Below are positions 45,761-55,176 of a stretch of DNA of 64,000 nucleotides, in pieces; position 1 is the stretch's first letter; every line of letters begins with the position of its first letter. This DNA comes from Myxococcales bacterium (GTDB taxonomy: Bacteria; Myxococcota_A; UBA9042): positions 86,659-150,658 of the forward strand of contig JBBISH010000004.1 in NCBI GenBank assembly GCA_037441385.1. The letters are read 5' to 3'. The notes beneath the pieces are model-generated. The model was given only the letters and a program-made list of their open reading frames with translations. It had not been told where the DNA came from and ran no database searches. A program made the translations under genes and the position numbers.

Positions 45761-46852
45761 CTACCTCGCCTTTTGCTGAAATTGCCGCACATACTCCGCC
45801 GCGTCGGGCGACAGGTCGTAGGTGGTGGCCGTAGGGTGGGCAATCGTGAACAGCGAGAAGCCCAAGAACTGCGATGGCGAGCTGGGCAGGCTCTCTAGGT
45901 AGGCGGCCAGCAAGTACTTTTGCACGTTCGGATTCGGCTTGCTGCTCGCCGCGGGATCCCAAGGCGTCTGGGCCCCAAAATCGACGGCCGGACAGCTGAG
46001 CTCGCCCAAGAAGATCGGCTTGTTCCAGCGTTTCTGCAGTTGCAGCATCTCGCCCAGCACATTCTGTTTGCGGCCAAAGACCGTGCTGGACTGCAGCGCG
46101 GCCTTCACTTCCGCGGCGGTGGGCGCGGCTTGGTCGGTCAGTTCGAAGTAGGCGGCGATCGCGATCACGTCCACGGCACCAAACACAGCATTATCCAACT
46201 TCTTTTGCCAGGCCACCTGCAGCGACGGCTCCCAGGCCGCGGTGACCCACCACTGCGTGCGGTACAATAGCTTGCCCGCATAGGCCGGTCGCAGCGCCTG
46301 TACCAGTGCCAACCAATCGGCGGTATGCTGCTCCAAGTGCACCAAATTGCTAGCAATGTAGAAGCCCCACGCGTTGGGGAACTGCCTGGCCAAACTGAGC
46401 AGGGCCTTTTGGTAGGTGCCAAACCACGCCGCGGGTTGGCTGGGGTTGAGATCGGTCTCGGGCACATTGCCGTTGGAAATCCAGGGATACGGCTCGATGA
46501 TCACCTTGACTGCGCCCAGTTGAGCGGCGAGTTGCAGGGCGAACGCCAGGCTGGCCGGCTCTACGCTCACCTCGGCCGAGCGGGCACTGGGCATGGCCAG
46601 CCGCACCGGGATCGTCACGGTGTCCAGCCCCAGGCGCTGCACATCGCGCACGACCTTGTACACGTCGCCGCGGTTCCAGGCCGAGACGTTGCCGCCCTTG
46701 ATGAAGGTCCATGGGGCACTTTCGGCCGCCAAGACGGGCAGTGCGGCTTGCGTCCACGCCAAGCACAGCGCCGCAAGCAGCACCCAGCGGCGCAGCCAGC
46801 TTGGAACGCGCAACGTCGCAGGGGTCGGCACCATGGCGTCCTTGGTAGGCAT
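45761..46852 (-). CDS. Secreted GH113-like TIM-barrel glycoside hydrolase
   Basis: AGGAG RBS, signal peptide; LGLDTVTIP, IIEPYP, P...AAWF..Y, DVIAIAAYFEL and KPIFLGEL. Confidence 0.75.
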   Translation of the reverse strand: MPTKDAMVPTPATLRVPSWLRRWVLLAALCLAWTQAALPVLAAESAPWTFIKGGNVSAWNRGDVYKVVRDVQRLGLDTVTIPVRLAMPSARSAEVSVEPASLAFALQLAAQLGAVKVIIEPYPWISNGNVPETDLNPSQPAAWFGTYQKALLSLARQFPNAWGFYIASNLVHLEQHTADWLALVQALRPAYAGKLLYRTQWWVTAAWEPSLQVAWQKKLDNAVFGAVDVIAIAAYFELTDQAAPTAAEVKAALQSSTVFGRKQNVLGEMLQLQKRWNKPIFLGELSCPAVDFGAQTPWDPAASSKPNPNVQKYLLAAYLESLPSSPSQFLGFSLFTIAHPTATTYDLSPDAAEYVRQFQQKAR

Positions 46853-47005
46853 CCCAGCTACTCCTGCGACGCTACCGCCCGGCTACGCCGCTGTCAACGA
46901 CTGAAATTCGGGCCGCTTCGCCGCCCATTCGGCCTGCGCTTGACGATCGCCGGCCGGCAGGCGCAAAGTCGGCCGGCCCACCGCGACGGGTGGCATGGCG
47001 AGCTC

Positions 47006-47893
47006 ATGGTGCCCCGCCTCTGGCAGAACTCCCGCGTTGCGCGATCGCCCTGGCCGCATCGGAACTTGCGGGGGGCGTTCGGCTTGGCCGCGCTCTTGGC
47101 GACCTTGACCGCGACGCCGGCTCACGCCGCACTGACCGACGGCTGGCCGCAACTGACATCGGGGGGACGCAAACCCCTGGTGGCGCTGCTGCCGCAGCTA
47201 GAGCGGCAAGCGCTTCTGCTGGTGACCGCGGCGGCCGACGAACGCAAGGCCTGCGAAGCAGCGCGCAACAAGGGCCACGGCTGCGGCGACGAGTTGCAGG
47301 GCGCGCTCTTGCAGATCCAGTCGGTGGCGCAAGGGCTGGACCAGTTGGGGCAGGCCCTGAGCGAGCGGTTGGCCAGTCCCCCGGCGGCCGAAGTCGAGGC
47401 CGATGCCCGCGCCTGTGCAGCCAAAGTCGCCGACGCCTGCCAGCGGCAAGCGGCCGACAACGCCAGTTTGGACGCGTTTGCCCAGTTGCGGGTCGTCCCC
47501 GCGCTGGAGCGCCTGGCGCGGCTCGCGGCCGAGGCCGACAAGACATTGGCCAGCACGCGCGCCGATCGCGAGGCGGACAGCCAGAAACTACCCAAGAAGA
47601 AAGAGAAGCCCGGCCAGCACGTGCAGCTGGAACCACCGCTGGTGGTGGGCGCCGATCGCCGCGACGAGCCGCCGCCGCCCCCGCCGCCGCCCAAGCTCTG
47701 GCTCAAGCAGTGCACCCAAGCCAAGGCCAGCAAAGCGAACAAGGGGCCGCGCGGGGCTGTGTGTGCCGACATCGCCCAGGTCTACACGCTGCGCAAGGAG
47801 CCGGAAAAGGCCCTGGAATACTGGAAGTTGGCGTGCAAGCAGGGGCACTCCACCGCCTGTGCCAAGCTGGGGCCGCAGCCCGACAGCAAGTAG
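47006..47893 (+). CDS. Secreted helical protein with a C-terminal Sel1-like repeat
   Basis: Signal ..ATPAHA; C-terminal CADIAQVY...KALEYWKLACKQGHSTAC. Confidence 0.7.
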   Translation: MVPRLWQNSRVARSPWPHRNLRGAFGLAALLATLTATPAHAALTDGWPQLTSGGRKPLVALLPQLERQALLLVTAAADERKACEAARNKGHGCGDELQGALLQIQSVAQGLDQLGQALSERLASPPAAEVEADARACAAKVADACQRQAADNASLDAFAQLRVVPALERLARLAAEADKTLASTRADREADSQKLPKKKEKPGQHVQLEPPLVVGADRRDEPPPPPPPPKLWLKQCTQAKASKANKGPRGAVCADIAQVYTLRKEPEKALEYWKLACKQGHSTACAKLGPQPDSK

Positions 47894-47918
47894 GCTAACC
47901 CAGGTCCGTATCTGCGTT

Positions 47919-48332
47919 TTATCCGCGCGCACGTCGGCGCAGGATCAGCGCCACCGCTCCTGCCAGCCCGATCGCCGCGGCAGCGCTGCCCACCGGTCCG
48001 GCGTGGCAGGAACTGCTGCTGGTCGTAGTGGTCGATCCGCTGGTGGTCGGCGTGGTTGCAGTGCTCAGCTCGCACTTGAGGCAGTCGTAGTTGCGGCTGG
48101 GTGGCGACGACGACGCGTCTTTGTCCCAGTGCGCGTAGTCCAACTTGCTGCAGGTTTGAGTGACGCACGAGCCCGAAGCGTCGCCGTCGGTCTTGCAGGC
48201 CGCGCCGGCCGATTTGCTCTGGCAACCTGCGGTGTTGGGGGGCGGAATGTCGGCCTGCGCCACGGCCGCCAAGCCGGTCAGGGCCAGCGCAGCCGCCCAC
48301 GCCACGGTGCGGCGGAGTTGGAGCGTCTTCAT
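47919..48332 (-). CDS. Small Cys-rich surface protein with a MYXO-CTERM-like sorting signal
   Basis: AGGAG RBS, signal peptide, DIPPP and a 6-Cys domain, Thr/Ser linker, then SSSC, a TM segment and RRRAR. Confidence 0.8.
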   Translation of the reverse strand: MKTLQLRRTVAWAAALALTGLAAVAQADIPPPNTAGCQSKSAGAACKTDGDASGSCVTQTCSKLDYAHWDKDASSSPPSRNYDCLKCELSTATTPTTSGSTTTTSSSSCHAGPVGSAAAAIGLAGAVALILRRRARG

Positions 48333-48415
48333 CAACGGACTCCTGCCTGTGGACCACGCCACAGCAACGCCACCATGCGACTGGAGTTATGCGATGTCAA
48401 CCGACCACCGCGCCG

Positions 48416-50026
48416 CTACTTCACTTTGCCGTTCAACTCGTAGCCGGTCACGGTCTTGGCCGCCCCGGTCTTGGCATCCAAGAACGTGATGCGCCCCGAG
48501 GGGTGGTCTTGCGTGACGGCCAGCAATCCGGCCTTGGTCAAAAAGCGCGCGTGCTGCGGCGCCGAGCCCAGCTGCGTGTCGGCGGTCTGGAACGTCGTCA
48601 AATCCGCTTCTTGCACCAGATGGTTCACGCCGGCCGGGTCGGGGAGCAGCAGCCAAGCCTTGGCCGGGATCAGCGCCGAGGCGACCTGCAGCGGCTTGAC
48701 CGGCGTCAGCACCAGCTTGGTATAGCCCGTGTCCAAGTCGAACAGCGTGTAGCCCTGCGCGTCGTCTACGAATTTCTCCGTCGGATCGTCGTAGCCTGGG
48801 CCTTGCCCCGGTTTGTGCAGCAGCACGGCCTTGCGCGTACCCGGCACCAGCAGCACGTTGTCCACGGTCTTGCGGATCGCCACCGGCGTCACCACGCCCG
48901 ACTTCAGGTCCAGCGTCGCGACTTGCTCTACCCCCGCCAGCGACGTGTACAACAGCGCGGACTTGCCGTCGTCGGTCACGCGCGCGAGGCCCGCGACCAA
49001 GTCGCCCATCTCGGCCAGTTGCACCGCAAAGGTCTGGGTCGCCCCGTCGGGCAGCGGAATCATGGCCACCTGGCCCGCGTCGCGCAGGACCGCCAGCGCC
49101 GAATGACCACCGGGGATCAGGTCCACGTCGGTCGGCGTGGCCCCGAGCGGAGCCAAGGCGATGGCTTTGCTGGGCAAGTGCACCATCGTCAGCTGCGGCA
49201 AGCCCGCTTCGCGCATGACGGCCCACTGGCCGTCGTCGGTCACCAGCACCTCGCGGTCGATCTTGGCCAGGGGCTTGGTCGCCAGGGGGATCGCCGTGAC
49301 GATCGCGCCGTTGGTGAGCTTGTCCAGCTCCAGGACCGACACGCCGTCGTCGGTGACCACCATGGCCTTTTGTCCATCCGCCGTGAACTGCACCGACTGC
49401 GGCCGGAAGCCCACCGACACCGACAGCGCCGACGAGCCGCTCGCCCCCAGCTTGATCACCGACATGGCCTGGAAACTGCCCACCGGGTCACCGGTTTTCG
49501 CGGCGCTGTGGTTGTACCAGATCACGGCGTACTTGCCGGTAGGGTCGATGGCCAGCGCGTTGCAGTGCGCTAGCACGGGCACCGTTTGCACCGTGTCGGC
49601 GGCCTCGGTGGACCAAATCACCGCCGCTTCGTCCGCGCCGCGATGCAGCACCACGGCGGCGTCTTGGCCGGGAACGACTTTGAGCACGGTGGGTTGGCTC
49701 GACACCTCGATCAGCGTGACCTGCAGCGTGGCGCCCGAGACGCGGACGATGCGGTCCGTGCCCGCCGCCGGGATGTAGACGTAGTTGGGCGAGCCTTCCG
49801 GGGCGCCGAAGTCGGCTTCCGGTTCCTTTTCGGGCGGTTTGTTGGTGTCCTGCGTGCCCGCGGAGCCGCCGCTGCTGTCGTAGCCGCCGGAACTGGTGTC
49901 GCTGGCGGCGCTGGTGTCGCCCCCGTAGTTGTACCAGCCGCTGCTGCCAGCGGTGCCGCCGGACGCGCTGGAATCGCTGCAACCCAGCAGACCGACGACA
50001 CAGGCAATCCAAGTCAATCGTTTCAT
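48416..50026 (-). CDS. Beta-propeller (YncE-like) lipoprotein
   Basis: Lipobox LLGC, Ser/Gly linker, blade repeats (LAIDPTGK, VQFTADGQ, LVTDDGQ, RVTDDGK). Confidence 0.85.
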   Translation of the reverse strand: MKRLTWIACVVGLLGCSDSSASGGTAGSSGWYNYGGDTSAASDTSSGGYDSSGGSAGTQDTNKPPEKEPEADFGAPEGSPNYVYIPAAGTDRIVRVSGATLQVTLIEVSSQPTVLKVVPGQDAAVVLHRGADEAAVIWSTEAADTVQTVPVLAHCNALAIDPTGKYAVIWYNHSAAKTGDPVGSFQAMSVIKLGASGSSALSVSVGFRPQSVQFTADGQKAMVVTDDGVSVLELDKLTNGAIVTAIPLATKPLAKIDREVLVTDDGQWAVMREAGLPQLTMVHLPSKAIALAPLGATPTDVDLIPGGHSALAVLRDAGQVAMIPLPDGATQTFAVQLAEMGDLVAGLARVTDDGKSALLYTSLAGVEQVATLDLKSGVVTPVAIRKTVDNVLLVPGTRKAVLLHKPGQGPGYDDPTEKFVDDAQGYTLFDLDTGYTKLVLTPVKPLQVASALIPAKAWLLLPDPAGVNHLVQEADLTTFQTADTQLGSAPQHARFLTKAGLLAVTQDHPSGRITFLDAKTGAAKTVTGYELNGKVK

Positions 50027-50054
50027 GGCGTTTGCCTCCCTGCGCGATCCGCCG

Positions 50055-50729
50055 CTAGAACCTCACCAACAGCGCTAGCCGCACCAGCGACCCGGTCAGC
50101 CCGGCCGTGCCAAAGTCCAGCGGTTTCTGGGTCATGGCGGGCGATAGGGCGCGCTGGGCGTCCAGTTTCCAGTCTGCGGCAAATAGGTGCTGCCAGCCCA
50201 CGTCAAAGCTCATCCCCAGGGTGAACTCGGCTTTGCGCCCCGGGCGTTGGAAGTAGTGGCGCGGCACCACCAGCTCGAACCCGGCCGTGCCCAGCAGCAG
50301 CGGCGTGACCTGCGAACCTTGGAACTTGGCTCCATTTTGCTCCAGCTCCAGGGTATGCCAGGCCAGACCGGCGCCCACCCGCAGCCGCGGCTGGAACCAG
50401 GCCAGCAGCGGCCAGCGGAACACGCCGTCGACGATGGCCGCTTCGCTGCTCAGCTTTTGCGACCACTGGCCGCCATTGCCGCCGTTCGCCTCGGGACTCC
50501 ACCACTCGGCGCCCACGGCCACCTGGGGGACCACCTCGCCGTACACACGCACGCCCTGGCCGCCGTAGCCCGGATCCCCGCGCGACAGGCGCAGCGAGGA
50601 TTGGGTGGCCAGCCGCATGGTCGCGTAGTCCAGTTCGATGCCCAACTCGCGGGCGCTCGCCGAACTACCGGCCAGCGTGGCGATCAGCGCACCAAGTATG
50701 CACAGCCGCTGCAGGAGGTTGTGAGTCAT
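50055..50729 (-). CDS. Outer-membrane beta-barrel protein
   Basis: GGAGG RBS, signal peptide, amphipathic strands (QPRLRVGAG, GTAGFEL, SFDVGW), C-terminal Phe; ATGA overlap. Confidence 0.8.
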   Translation of the reverse strand: MTHNLLQRLCILGALIATLAGSSASARELGIELDYATMRLATQSSLRLSRGDPGYGGQGVRVYGEVVPQVAVGAEWWSPEANGGNGGQWSQKLSSEAAIVDGVFRWPLLAWFQPRLRVGAGLAWHTLELEQNGAKFQGSQVTPLLLGTAGFELVVPRHYFQRPGRKAEFTLGMSFDVGWQHLFAADWKLDAQRALSPAMTQKPLDFGTAGLTGSLVRLALLVRF

Positions 50730-52279
50730 GGCGCACCTCCCTGCAGCCAGTGCTCCAGCGCAAAGCCCTCGAACCACACCAGGTTCTTGGCTTCGATCGG
50801 CTGGTTGGGCAGCCAAGCCGCCCACAAGCCCGCCAAGCCCGCGCCGACCACCGCCAGACCGTCGCCGACGCGGTACAAGCCGGCAGAAACAGTCAGGTTG
50901 TGCCCGGAAGAACTCAACGGTGTGCTGTCGCCGTGCAAGGTAGCCAGGTCGATGCGCGACAGCCGCAAGTCGCTGCCGTTGCTGCCCAAAAGCCAGGCGG
51001 TGGCGCCACTGGCCCCATCGATGGCCCGCAGGTCGATGAGGTTGCCGGTGCCCTTGAACTGCGTCGAGGTGCTGCCAACCACGTCGAGCAGCGACAGCCC
51101 CACCGACGTCGACTGGTGCCGCACCAGCACTTTGCCCGCCACCGGCAGCAGGTCAACGATCGGGAAGTCAAAGGCGATCCGCTCGATGGCTTTGCCCTTC
51201 TTCTTGGCCAGGTCATCCAAGGTGATCACGTACAAGAAGTTGAAGCCCGACCCAGGGTTCCATGCCAGCACCCGCGCTTTGCCGTCCGGCGCCGGGATGA
51301 CCCGGAACTGCCGCACCACCCCATCCAGCGGGATCTCCAGGCCGCTGCCGGTGGCGGGGTCCAGCACCGACAGGGTCTTGGCCTGCACGTTGGCCACGAG
51401 CACCCGCAGCCCCGCCGTGGTGTCAAAGACATGCAGGTCGGCGGGATCGGCGCCCGCGGCGATTTGGTCCAAGCTGACGTCCAGCGCCGTGGCCGCCAGG
51501 TCCGCGCGAATATGGATGACATCGTTGAGGTTATCGACCAACAGGTAGATGTCGGCCTTGTCGCCCACCACCCGAACGGCGCTGCGGATCGGCGCCAGCG
51601 TATTTTGCGGATCGGCTGCCAGCGGCACCACGGCGGTGCGCACCTGACCACCTGGGCCAAAATCGCACAGGCCCACGCGCCCCGGCGCTTCGACCCAGAT
51701 CAGCCGGTGCACGCCGCCAGGCCCATTGATCGGCGGGGCAATTCGCGCCCGCAGCGGCGCCCGCCCCAGGCCGGCAATCGTGGCCGTGCGCGGGGTGCTG
51801 GCCGATGGGGGCTGTTCCAGATCGACCAGCGCGACTTCGTCGGTGTTGACCAGCGAAGTGGCGGCGTCGCTGCCCGCCGGGTGGAGCAGCGCCGCGGCGT
51901 GGCCGTCGTCACTCGAAGCCACCCCGGCAAATTCCGAGGGCAGCGAGAAGACTTGCACGGTCTTGCCGTCGCTGACCGCCAGCCGGCGCGGGGCGGGCTC
52001 TAGCCACAGGGCGCGCGCGCCATCGGCCGTCGCCACCGTGACTTGCGGAGCGCCGGCATACGCCAGCTGAGTCAGCTCGGCCGTACCCTTGGCCGCAGAC
52101 AGCACCGCGACCCGGTCGCGCGCCGGGTTGCGCATCACCAGGCCGCCACTGAGCTCGATCGCCGCGGGGGCCGCAAAGGTGGGGATGTCTGCCGGACTTG
52201 GACACCCGGTGGCCAGCAGCGTCAGCGCGACCGCCGCCAGCCAACGGGATGGTTTCGGCACCGCTTGAGCCTTGGTCAT
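50726..52279 (-). CDS. Beta-propeller lipoprotein
   Basis: GGAGGAG RBS, lipobox ATGC, beta-blade repeats. Confidence 0.8.
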   Translation of the reverse strand: MTKAQAVPKPSRWLAAVALTLLATGCPSPADIPTFAAPAAIELSGGLVMRNPARDRVAVLSAAKGTAELTQLAYAGAPQVTVATADGARALWLEPAPRRLAVSDGKTVQVFSLPSEFAGVASSDDGHAAALLHPAGSDAATSLVNTDEVALVDLEQPPSASTPRTATIAGLGRAPLRARIAPPINGPGGVHRLIWVEAPGRVGLCDFGPGGQVRTAVVPLAADPQNTLAPIRSAVRVVGDKADIYLLVDNLNDVIHIRADLAATALDVSLDQIAAGADPADLHVFDTTAGLRVLVANVQAKTLSVLDPATGSGLEIPLDGVVRQFRVIPAPDGKARVLAWNPGSGFNFLYVITLDDLAKKKGKAIERIAFDFPIVDLLPVAGKVLVRHQSTSVGLSLLDVVGSTSTQFKGTGNLIDLRAIDGASGATAWLLGSNGSDLRLSRIDLATLHGDSTPLSSSGHNLTVSAGLYRVGDGLAVVGAGLAGLWAAWLPNQPIEAKNLVWFEGFALEHWLQGGAP

Positions 52280-52395
52280 CGCTCCTCCCTGTCTACCCGC
52301 TTGGCGGCACGCTACAACTTCTGCGCGCCATGCACGAGCCAGGTGGCGTCACCATGACAAAAAGATCAGGGTGGCCGCCCAAGGAGGCGCGGCGG

Positions 52396-52686
52396 TCAGC
52401 GCAGATTCTTGTCGGCCGCCGTCTGCAGCATGGCGTCGCGCATGGGCTTCTTCAGCTTGAGCAAGAAGTCGAAGTGGGCGCGCTTGGTGATGTCGAAGCG
52501 CAGGATGGCGGGCTTCTTGCCCTGGCCGTCGATCTCGATTGGGCCCATGTCGATGAATTGTGCCGATTCCTGGCTGGGGCTGCGCGCCGGGTGGGCGGCC
52601 TCGCGTCGAATTTGGGCAAAGGCGGGCAAGGCCAAGCTGGCGATGAGCAGCGCGGCAGAGAGCGAGAACAGGCGGAGCTTCAGCAT
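52396..52686 (-). CDS. CglF/GltF-like small secreted protein
   Basis: Signal ..LPAFAQ; FIDMGPIEIDGQGKKP...KRAHFDFLLKLKKPMRDAMLQT follows the ID....I.G...KP......R..F..L..LR..F...L pattern I recall for CglF. Confidence 0.6.
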   Translation of the reverse strand: MLKLRLFSLSAALLIASLALPAFAQIRREAAHPARSPSQESAQFIDMGPIEIDGQGKKPAILRFDITKRAHFDFLLKLKKPMRDAMLQTAADKNLR

Positions 52687-52911
52687 GGTTCTTCCTTGAA
52701 TTGGGGGTAATGGTCCGGTTTTCAGCCTGCCCGACCAGGGACAGGCCCGCAACGAAATTGCGACGTACCAGCGCCGCGGGGCGATCTATTTTTGTCGGCC
52801 GCAATTGTCCTTGTGGGCGAACAATCTTTGCACCAAATGGCTATCGCCGCCGCGAGTGGATTGGCTATCTTGCCAGGAGCTTGGGCGCCTTTGCGCCTGC
52901 TGCTGGGGACC

Positions 52912-54102
52912 ATGTCGATCGCTCCCGCACAACCCCAAAGAGCCGAGCGACTGTCGCGCCGCCGCGCCCTCGGCCAACTGGCCGCGCTGCCGGTGCTGGG
53001 AGTCCCCCTGGCCGCTACTGCCTGCACTCGCCCCGATGGGGCAAAGGAACCTGCCATGTTGCCCGCTGCTCCCGTCGCGCCGCCCGCGGATCCGGTGCTC
53101 AGCGCCACCCCGTTGACCACGCCGTGGCAGACCGCCGATCCGTTCCTGTTCTGTATGCATCACAACGACTTGTACCCCGCCGGCCAGGCCGACCTGGGGC
53201 CAGACCGGGCCAAGCTGGCCGGCCGCGCGATGGGCCAAGACTTCAGCGGCAAGGACGGCTGGAGCATGTACCACGGCCGCGTGGTCCCCGGCTTTCCGCA
53301 GCACCCGCATCGCGGCTTCGAGACGGTGACCGTTACGCGCAAGGGCCTGATCGATCACGCGGACTCGCTGGGCGCCGCGGCGCGCTACGGCGAAGGCGAC
53401 GTGCAGTGGCTCACGGCCGGGTCGGGCATCCAACATGCCGAAATGTTTCCGCTGCTGCACCAAGACCAGCCGAACCACGGCGAGCTGTTCCAGGTGTGGC
53501 TCAACCTGCCGGCACGCCGCAAGATGGTCGCGCCCTACTTCACGATGTTTTGGGCGGAGCAGATCCCGAACCACACCTTTGCCGACGCGGCAGGGCGGAC
53601 GACCCATGTGCGGGTGATCGCTGGCGCGCTGGAGCACCTGAAACCGCTGGCGCCGCCACCGGATTCGTGGGCATCGCAGGCGGACACCGACGTGGCCATC
53701 TGGACGATCTCGCTGCAACCCGGCGCGACCTGGACCGTGCCCGCGGGCCAAAAAGGCAGCAATCGCACGCTGTACCTGTTCGAGGGTGCGGACCTGCGGG
53801 TCGGGCCGCGGACCATCGCCGCGCGGCACATGATCAAGGTCCAAGCCGACGTGCCGGCGCAGTTGCAGGCGGGGCCCAGCGGCGCCGAGCTGGTCATGCT
53901 GCAGGGCAAGCCGATCGGCGAACCGGTGGCCCAGCACGGGCCGTTCGTGATGAACACGCGCCAAGAGATCCAGCAGGCGATCATGGACTACCAGCGCACG
54001 GAATTTGGCGGCTGGCCGTGGAACCGCAGCGATCCGGTGCACGGCAGCGAGCCGCAGCGCTTTGCCAAGCGGCCCAACGGCGGCGTAGAGAAACCGGCCT
54101 GA
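52912..54102 (+). CDS. Pirin-family bicupin with a Tat-lipoprotein-like leader
   Basis: DPFLF, GFPQHPHRGFETVT, HADS.G, GDVQWLTAG.GI.HAE and GPFVMNT; leader LSRRRALG...LAATAC. Confidence 0.9.
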   Translation: MSIAPAQPQRAERLSRRRALGQLAALPVLGVPLAATACTRPDGAKEPAMLPAAPVAPPADPVLSATPLTTPWQTADPFLFCMHHNDLYPAGQADLGPDRAKLAGRAMGQDFSGKDGWSMYHGRVVPGFPQHPHRGFETVTVTRKGLIDHADSLGAAARYGEGDVQWLTAGSGIQHAEMFPLLHQDQPNHGELFQVWLNLPARRKMVAPYFTMFWAEQIPNHTFADAAGRTTHVRVIAGALEHLKPLAPPPDSWASQADTDVAIWTISLQPGATWTVPAGQKGSNRTLYLFEGADLRVGPRTIAARHMIKVQADVPAQLQAGPSGAELVMLQGKPIGEPVAQHGPFVMNTRQEIQQAIMDYQRTEFGGWPWNRSDPVHGSEPQRFAKRPNGGVEKPA

Positions 54103-54162
54103 TACGCACCCCAGTTCGGGCCCGGAGAATTCCGGGAATTTTCGATCCGATTCGGACGGAAC
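54102..54162 (+). repeat. ~128-bp repeat, copy 6 (first hairpin deleted)
   Basis: ATACGCACCCC joined directly to AGTTCGGGCCCGGAGAATTCCGGGAATTTTCGATCCGATTCGGACGGAAC. Confidence 0.9.
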
Positions 54163-54510
54163 CGGCCTGACCGCCTTTGCGCGCGCCGCCCCATGGACGG
54201 GCGCAGGGGCCAAAAAACACCAAGACCCGCGCCAGGGTGACGCGGGCCTTGGGGGTTGCACAGCCGCTTGGGGGGATCAGTCCTGCGACCGGCTCGGGGA
54301 GATTAGGGACCGGGCAGGCCAGCGCCGTCAACCCTTTCTGGACGCATCGGGCCCGGCTCGGTGGGCGGCGGGGTGCGCTCGCCCCTACTTGGCGGCGGCC
54401 TGACGTCGATCTTGAGGAGCCTGGCGCTCGCCATTGGCAGATCGCGGCAAATACCGCACGATCAGCACGCGGCCAGGCCCAAGCGCCGCCGCAGCCCAAC
54501 GGAGACACGT

Positions 54511-55164
54511 ATGCGAATTTGCGACCTATATCCTAGCTTGCTGGCTATCGCGCTGGCCGTATCGGCCGTGGCCTGCGGCTCGGACACGAACCCCGCGGCC
54601 GCCACCACCGGCGACGCCAAAGGCGACACCTCGGTCGTCAATGTGGACCTGCAGGGCGTGGATTGGACCTGCACGACGCCGACTTGGAAGGCCGCCGCCT
54701 GCGCGCCCGGCACCGTGAGTCACCCGCCGCTCGCCAAGGCCGATCACATCGATCTGCCGACGCCGATCAGCTATACGGATGTGCCGCCCGCCTCGGGGGC
54801 GCATCGGCCGGCGTGGGGCAAGTGGGGTGCCTACAGCTTCTTGCCGCAGCAGCGCTGGTTGCACAATCTGGAGCACGGCGCGGTGGCGATCCTGTACCAC
54901 CCTTGCCTGCCCGAGGCCGAAGTCGCCAAGCTTAGGGCGTGGGCCAACGCCGTCCCCGCCGACGCCGGTGGTCCGTTCCGCTGGGTGCTGACCCCGTACC
55001 CCAACCTGCCGGGCGCGGTCGGCTTGGTGGCCTGGGGGCACGTGTACTTGGCTTCGTGCTGGAACGCCGCGGAAGCCGAGGCTTTTATCAAGGACTACTA
55101 CCGCAAGTCGCCCGAGGACGAGGCCGCGAACGGCACCTACGCCGACAAATGGCTTGGGCTGTAG
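54511..55164 (+). CDS. DUF3105 lipoprotein
   Basis: GGAG RBS, lipobox AVAC; PPASGAH, LHNLEHGAV..LY and LVAWG. Confidence 0.88.
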   Translation: MRICDLYPSLLAIALAVSAVACGSDTNPAAATTGDAKGDTSVVNVDLQGVDWTCTTPTWKAAACAPGTVSHPPLAKADHIDLPTPISYTDVPPASGAHRPAWGKWGAYSFLPQQRWLHNLEHGAVAILYHPCLPEAEVAKLRAWANAVPADAGGPFRWVLTPYPNLPGAVGLVAWGHVYLASCWNAAEAEAFIKDYYRKSPEDEAANGTYADKWLGL

Positions 55165-55176
55165 GTCCTTCTGCCG

